Position numbers and translations under genes: made by a program | Notes under the pieces: generated by a model | Database searches by the model: none | What the model saw: the letters and a program-made list of their open reading frames with translations, nothing else | Told to the model about the DNA's origin: nothing | Origin: Candidatus Hydrogenedentota bacterium | GTDB lineage: Bacteria; Hydrogenedentota; Hydrogenedentia; Hydrogenedentales; SLHB01 | Assembly (NCBI GenBank): GCA_029974275.1 | Contig: JARKSN010000288.1 | Coordinates: 14,231-78,230, forward strand | Length of the DNA: 64,000 nucleotides | Direction: 5' to 3' | Part shown: one piece after another, positions 59,768-64,000 of the stretch | Layout: each line of letters opens with the position of its first letter | Numbering within the stretch: position 1 is the stretch's first letter

Positions 59768-60272
59768 CGTCTTCGTTTCCTTTCTCTATCCGTTTCGGAG
59801 AGCGCCCAATGGCGATCTTGCCTGTCCTCACCAACTCGCGAATGCCAAAAGGCCGCAGCATGTCGATAAACGCCGCAAGCTTTCCCTCGGACCCCGTCGC
59901 CTCAATGGTCATCGCATCCGATCCCATGTCGATAACCTTGGCGCGAAAAATGTCGGCAAGCTCCACGGCCTCGCCGCGCTTCCTTCCGGAAACGCCCACC
60001 TTGACCATCACCAGCTCGCGCTCGACATGGTCCTCGCGCGTGAGATCCTTCACCTCGATCGTGTCCGCAAGCTTGTTCAACTGCTTGATGATCTGCTCCA
60101 GCACGCGATCATCGCCCCGCACCACCACCGTCATCCGCGACACCGCGGGGTCCTCCGTCGTGCCCACGCACAAGCTATCGATGTTGTAGCCCCGTGCGCT
60201 GAACAGCCCCGAAACCCGGGCCAGCACGCCAAAATGATTCTCGACGAGGATGCTGATCGTGTGCTTTTTCAT
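59760..60272 (-). CDS. ilvH: Acetolactate synthase small (regulatory) subunit
   Basis: Start [34 protein letters not shown] is an ACT domain. No ilvB (large subunit) is adjacent in this window. Confidence 0.9.
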   Translation of the reverse strand: MKKHTISILVENHFGVLARVSGLFSARGYNIDSLCVGTTEDPAVSRMTVVVRGDDRVLEQIIKQLNKLADTIEVKDLTREDHVERELVMVKVGVSGRKRGEAVELADIFRAKVIDMGSDAMTIEATGSEGKLAAFIDMLRPFGIRELVRTGKIAIGRSPKRIEKGNEDDE

Positions 60273-60300
60273 GTCGCGTCCATTCATTCCCGCGCCGGTT

Positions 60301-60858
60301 TCAATGGAACCGGTTCATCGCCTTGTCCATCCCCTCGGTCACAAAGGCCAACACCGCATCCGCCGCGCGCGCAATCGATTCCGCCATGACAACCCGCTCC
60401 TCGGGGGTGAACACGCCGAGGACATGGTCGGCCAAATCAGCCTCTGCCCTATTCTCACCTACGCCTATGCGCAGTCGGGAAAACTCCTGCGTGCCTACGC
60501 GCTCAATGATCGACTTCAATCCGTTGTGACCGCCCGCACTGCCTTCCCTGCGAAAGCGAAGCCGACCCAAAGGCAAATTCACGTCGTCCGCGACCACGAG
60601 CAGATCGGCAAGACTGTCCACGGCGTTGCGAACCGCCTGAGCCACCGCCTGACCGCTCAAATTCATATAGGTCATCGGCTTGAGCAGCAACACCTTCGCG
60701 CCCTGCCATTGCCCCTGTGCGACAAGCCCCTGATACTTCTCGCGATCAAACGCGACCGCAAGACGCGCCGCCACCTCGTCCACCGTCATAAACCCGACAT
60801 TGTGCCGCGTGCCTCGGTAGCGCGGCCCCGGATTTCCCAATCCCACAATCACCTTCAC
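60301..60858 (-). CDS. pth: Peptidyl-tRNA hydrolase
   Basis: MKVIVGLGNPGPRY...HNVGF...GGHNGLKS. Confidence 0.9.
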   Translation of the reverse strand: MKVIVGLGNPGPRYRGTRHNVGFMTVDEVAARLAVAFDREKYQGLVAQGQWQGAKVLLLKPMTYMNLSGQAVAQAVRNAVDSLADLLVVADDVNLPLGRLRFRREGSAGGHNGLKSIIERVGTQEFSRLRIGVGENRAEADLADHVLGVFTPEERVVMAESIARAADAVLAFVTEGMDKAMNRFH

Positions 60859-60937
60859 GCGGACCGCCTTTCACGCAACGGCAAGACTATCGACGGCGCG
60901 AAAATGCGTCTTCTCATCCCATGCCCAACCCGCCGCG

Positions 60938-61609
60938 CTATTTCTTCGACTCGGTCTTGGCCTCGGCCTTGCCTTCAACCTTGGCTTCGCCCTCGCCCTC
61001 GCCTTCCTTGGCGGCGGTTTCCTCGCCGGACGTCAAACTGCGCGGCACATGCACCGCCGCGACCGTGCGATCGGGATCCGTGATAATGGCGACGCCCCGA
61101 GCCGTCTGCACCGCCGACACGTGGATGCTGTCGCCCAGATTAAGCTGCGACACATCCACCTCGATTTTTTCGGGAACTTCCAGGGCCAAGCATTCCACTT
61201 CAAGCTCGCGGAGCTGCTGGTCCAACACGCCCCCCGCCACCACGCCCGGCGATTGCCCCACCAACACGACCTGCACCAGCGTCGTGATGCGTTCGTCCAG
61301 CCGGATGCGCTGAAAATCGGCATGCAGCACCTGGCCCTTCAACGGATGATGCTGCACCTCCTTGATCATCGCCGGGCCGCTCAGCTCGGGCTTGTCCACG
61401 ACGGCCAACTGCAACACGGCGTGCTCGCCGCCGCGCCCGTGGAGCACCTTCAGCAGCTCCTTCTTGTTCACCGCCAGCGACACCGAATCCTGCCCGCCTC
61501 CATACAGCACCGTCGGCACCGACTCGCCGCACCGCGTTTGATGCGCCGCGCCCTTGCCGCTCGCGGACCGCGTCCTTACGTTCAGGGTCTGCAATTCCAT
61601 GATATCCAC
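60938..61609 (-). CDS. rplY: 50S ribosomal protein L25 / general stress protein Ctc
   Basis: About 220 aa. L25 N-domain plus Ctc C-domain with a Glu/Lys-rich tail. Conserved prs-ctc-pth synteny. Confidence 0.85.
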   Translation of the reverse strand: MDIMELQTLNVRTRSASGKGAAHQTRCGESVPTVLYGGGQDSVSLAVNKKELLKVLHGRGGEHAVLQLAVVDKPELSGPAMIKEVQHHPLKGQVLHADFQRIRLDERITTLVQVVLVGQSPGVVAGGVLDQQLRELEVECLALEVPEKIEVDVSQLNLGDSIHVSAVQTARGVAIITDPDRTVAAVHVPRSLTSGEETAAKEGEGEGEAKVEGKAEAKTESKK

Positions 61610-61622
61610 GCCTCCGTTTCTG

Positions 61623-62552
61623 CTACTGGAACAATATGCTCACCGACTCCTCGTGATGAATGCGCCGGATGGCCTCGCCGATCAGCGGCGCAAACGACAA
61701 CGTCTTGACCTTGGCGCACGACGCCGCGCACAGCGCCAACGAAATCGTGTCGCTCACGAACACCTCGCTCAGCGCCGACTCCTCAATCCGTTCAATGGCC
61801 TCGCCGCTGAACACCGGGTGCGTCGCGCACGCAACGACATCGGTCGCGCCGTGCTCCTTAACCGCCGCCGCCGCCTTGACCAACGTGCCCGCCGTATCGA
61901 TCATGTCATCAAAAATGATCGCCTGCTTGCCGCTCACGTCGCCAATGACATTCATCACTTCCGAAACGTTGGCCTTCGGGCGACGCTTATCCACAATGGC
62001 CAGACGCGCCTCGATCCGATTGGCGAAATCCCGCGCCCGATGCACGCTGCCCGTGTCCGGCGACACGACCACCGCATTCGAAACGCCGCGATCCATAAAA
62101 TGCTTCGCGAACACCACCTGACCGTTCAGATGATCCACCGGAATGTCGAAAAACCCTTGAATCTGCCCGCAATGCAAATCCGCCGTCAATACGCGATCCA
62201 CCCCCGCCGCCACAATCAAGTTCGACACCAGTTTCGCCGTGATCGGCACGCGAGGCCGATCCTTGCGATCCTGTCGCGCATAGCCGAAATACGGCAACAC
62301 CGCCGTGACGCGCGCCGCCGAAGCGCGACGGGCCGCATCGATCAAAATCAACAATTCGAGCAAATGATCATTCACCGGCGTCGACGTGCTATTGATGATG
62401 AACACGTCCTTGCCGCGAATGTTTTCGCCTATCTGAACCTGAATTTCACTGTCGCTGAACTGGTCCACCGTCGCGCGGCCCAGCTCAATGCCGAGATGGT
62501 CGCACACGCCCCGCGCCAAGTTGCGCGACGCATTGCCCGTAAACACCCTCAT
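61623..62552 (-). CDS. prs: Ribose-phosphate pyrophosphokinase
   Basis: Start MRVFTGNASRNLARGV (M91 of ORF 61623..62822). The upstream part of that ORF overlaps tRNA-Gln and is not coding. PRPP-binding DLHCGQIQGFFDIPVD and VVSPDTGSV. Confidence 0.9.
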   Translation of the reverse strand: MRVFTGNASRNLARGVCDHLGIELGRATVDQFSDSEIQVQIGENIRGKDVFIINSTSTPVNDHLLELLILIDAARRASAARVTAVLPYFGYARQDRKDRPRVPITAKLVSNLIVAAGVDRVLTADLHCGQIQGFFDIPVDHLNGQVVFAKHFMDRGVSNAVVVSPDTGSVHRARDFANRIEARLAIVDKRRPKANVSEVMNVIGDVSGKQAIIFDDMIDTAGTLVKAAAAVKEHGATDVVACATHPVFSGEAIERIEESALSEVFVSDTISLALCAASCAKVKTLSFAPLIGEAIRRIHHEESVSILFQ

Positions 62553-62604
62553 CTCTTTGCTGTACGCCACGTCGCCACCACCCCTCGTTGCTCCCATGAT
62601 GTCT

Positions 62605-62679
62605 TGGCTGGGGCGGTAGGATTCGAACCTACGAATGTCGGCTCCAAAGGCCGATGCCTTACCACTTGGCGACGCCCCA
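62605..62679 (-). tRNA. tRNA-Gln (anticodon TTG)
   Basis: Minus strand TGGGGCGTCGCCAAGTGGTAAGGCATCGGCCTTTGGAGCCGACATTCGTAGGTTCGAATCCTACCGCCCCAGCCA. Near-identical architecture to E. coli tRNA-Gln(UUG). U1-A72 pair. CCA encoded. Confidence 0.85.
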
Positions 62680-62829
62680 CCACGCAGTCCCGCGGACCAC
62701 AACGCGTTGCAACCATGATCGCGACGAACAAGGCCTCGGCCCAGTCGCCGCAACACCGCCGCAGCGCACCGCGCCTGGCGCTTGTCCTGCGCCAAAAACG
62801 CCGCCGCTCCGCGTCCAGACAAGTCCTGG

Positions 62830-62859
62830 AGTATAGCAACCGCCCAAACCTCAAGTCAA
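62830..62859 (-). promoter_or_regulatory. Sigma70-like promoter (TTGACT-18-TATACT) upstream of tRNA-Gln/prs/rplY/pth
   Basis: Minus strand TTGACTTGAGGTTTGGGCGGTTGCTATACT. Predicted TSS ~62822, about 145 nt upstream of the tRNA 5' end. Confidence 0.4.
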
Positions 62860-63072
62860 AAGCCCTGCCAGCCGCCCAACCGCGACGATCCGGGACCGGT
62901 TCCGGGCCAGGAAATGCGCCGGAAAAAACAGACACGCACGCCGCAAAACGGCCCCCACGCCCACGCCGGACATTCCCGCCAGGCATTTCCAGACACGCAA
63001 CCGGCGCAGCAAGAGGGAAACGCCCCCGGCTGCGCCGCTGCGATCACACGAATTCTCCGAACATCCGCCGCC

Positions 63073-64000
63073 TCACGACTGGATATCGGCGTGGTACTCC
63101 TGCAACGCGCGCACCGCACACCTGTCCCGACGATGCGCCGCAATGCCTTTCGCCGCGGCCAACGCCGCCGCAATGGTCGTCACATACGGTATCCGATGCT
63201 TGATCGCGGCTTTCCGGATGTACGAATCGTCGCTATCCCCCTGCTTTCCCGAAGGCGAATTGACGACAAGCGTAATCTCGCCATTCGTGATCGCGTCCAC
63301 AATGTCCGGACGGCCTTCCTGCATCTTGTTGATGCGCGCACATTCGACGCCGTTCTCCGCGAGAAACGCGTGCGTGCCCTTGGTCGCATGGATCGCAAAC
63401 CCCAATTCGGCCAAACGCTGGGCCACCTCGACCGCGGCAGCCTTGTCCGCGTCGGCGACGGTCATCAACACGGCCCCGTGCAACGGCAACCGCTGCTGCG
63501 CGGCCTCCTGCGACTTGTAAAACGCCATGCCAAAACTCCGCGCCATGCCCAACACCTCGCCCGTGGACCGCATCTCCGGACCCAGCACGGGATCCACCTC
63601 GGGGAACATATTGAACGGAAACACCGACTCCTTCACGCCGTAATGCGGAATCGCGCTGTGCTTGAGGTTCATATCCGCGAGCTTCTTGCCGAGCATGACC
63701 TGCGTCGCGATGCGCGCCATGGGAATGTTGCACACCTTCGACACCAGCGGCACCGTGCGCGACGCGCGCGGATTGGCCTCGAGCACGTACACGCGGTCAT
63801 TCGCGATCGCGTACTGCATGTTCATCAACCCCACGACGCCCAACTCGATGGCGATCTTCTTGGTGTACTCGCCAATCGTGTCGAGATGCTTCGCGGGGAT
63901 GCTGATCGGCGGAATCACGCACGCCGAATCGCCGGAATGAATCCCCGCGCGCTCAATGTGCTCCATAATCGCCGGCACAAACGCATCGGAGCCGTCGGCA
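63073..64000 (-). CDS. Carbamoyl-phosphate synthase large subunit, second divergent paralog (C-terminal ~300 aa in window)
   Basis: ORF 63073..63978(-) continues to the window end. ...GIHSGDSACVIPP...[15 protein letters not shown]...[12 protein letters not shown]... plus MGS-like domain. About 50% identity to the carB at 2475-5717. Confidence 0.85.
   Translation of the reverse strand, partial: ADGSDAFVPAIMEHIERAGIHSGDSACVIPPISIPAKHLDTIGEYTKKIAIELGVVGLMNMQYAIANDRVYVLEANPRASRTVPLVSKVCNIPMARIATQVMLGKKLADMNLKHSAIPHYGVKESVFPFNMFPEVDPVLGPEMRSTGEVLGMARSFGMAFYKSQEAAQQRLPLHGAVLMTVADADKAAAVEVAQRLAELGFAIHATKGTHAFLAENGVECARINKMQEGRPDIVDAITNGEITLVVNSPSGKQGDSDDSYIRKAAIKHRIPYVTTIAAALAAAKGIAAHRRDRCAVRALQEYHADIQS

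Overview
The window is a 64-kb chromosomal segment of a high-GC (~65%) bacterium, most likely a diderm: it carries tatBC, a TonB-like protein, a lipoprotein with a lipobox, and an O-antigen-ligase-like gene. Almost all of it is densely packed core metabolism and translation genes, in this order:

- a truncated FucP-like MFS sugar permease and a GH4 glycosidase
- carB, greA, a PMT/TMTC-like TPR membrane protein, tatB-tatC and an IHF/HU-like protein
- trpG-trpE-hisI
- two paralogous hypothetical beta-propeller-like proteins (one with a Tat signal) followed by a TonB-like protein
- ffh-rpsP-KH-rimM-trmD-rplS-rnhB
- a TPR lipoprotein, mntP, tRNA-Ser, a GH-like hypothetical and a large U32 peptidase
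- bactofilin and an M23 peptidase
- a YkgJ-type Fe-S protein divergent from a sufBCDSU operon
- pgl-zwf, then a five-gene polysaccharide cluster (pyruvyl transferase, two GT2, one GT4, Wzy/ligase-like)
- cysS, larC, coaD, a GH38 alpha-mannosidase and proB
- an unusual HTH-XRE/nucleotidyl-cyclase fusion protein
- ahcY, folC, accD, a Zn-ribbon coiled-coil protein, ilvC, ilvH, pth, rplY, prs, tRNA-Gln and a second, divergent carB (partial at the window edge).

I found no CRISPR array, transposase, integrase or recognisable defence system.

The most interesting material is non-coding:

- **Family 1 repeats.** Three copies of a ~150-bp nested-palindrome element sit at the 3' ends of greA, rplS and cysS.
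- **Family 2 repeats.** Three copies of a lower-GC MITE-like element with terminal inverted repeats sit immediately 5' of sufD, sufS and ahcY. One of these also supplies the last codons of the HTH-cyclase gene.
- **Promoters and leaders.** A strong sigma70-like promoter with an AT-rich UP element lies ~285 nt upstream of the M23-peptidase/bactofilin/U32 operon, ahead of a long structured leader. Several other promoter and stem-loop candidates are listed.

All calls are from manual reading of the sequence and the supplied ORF translations. Coordinates of start codons are derived from ORF-track arithmetic and may be off by a few nucleotides.
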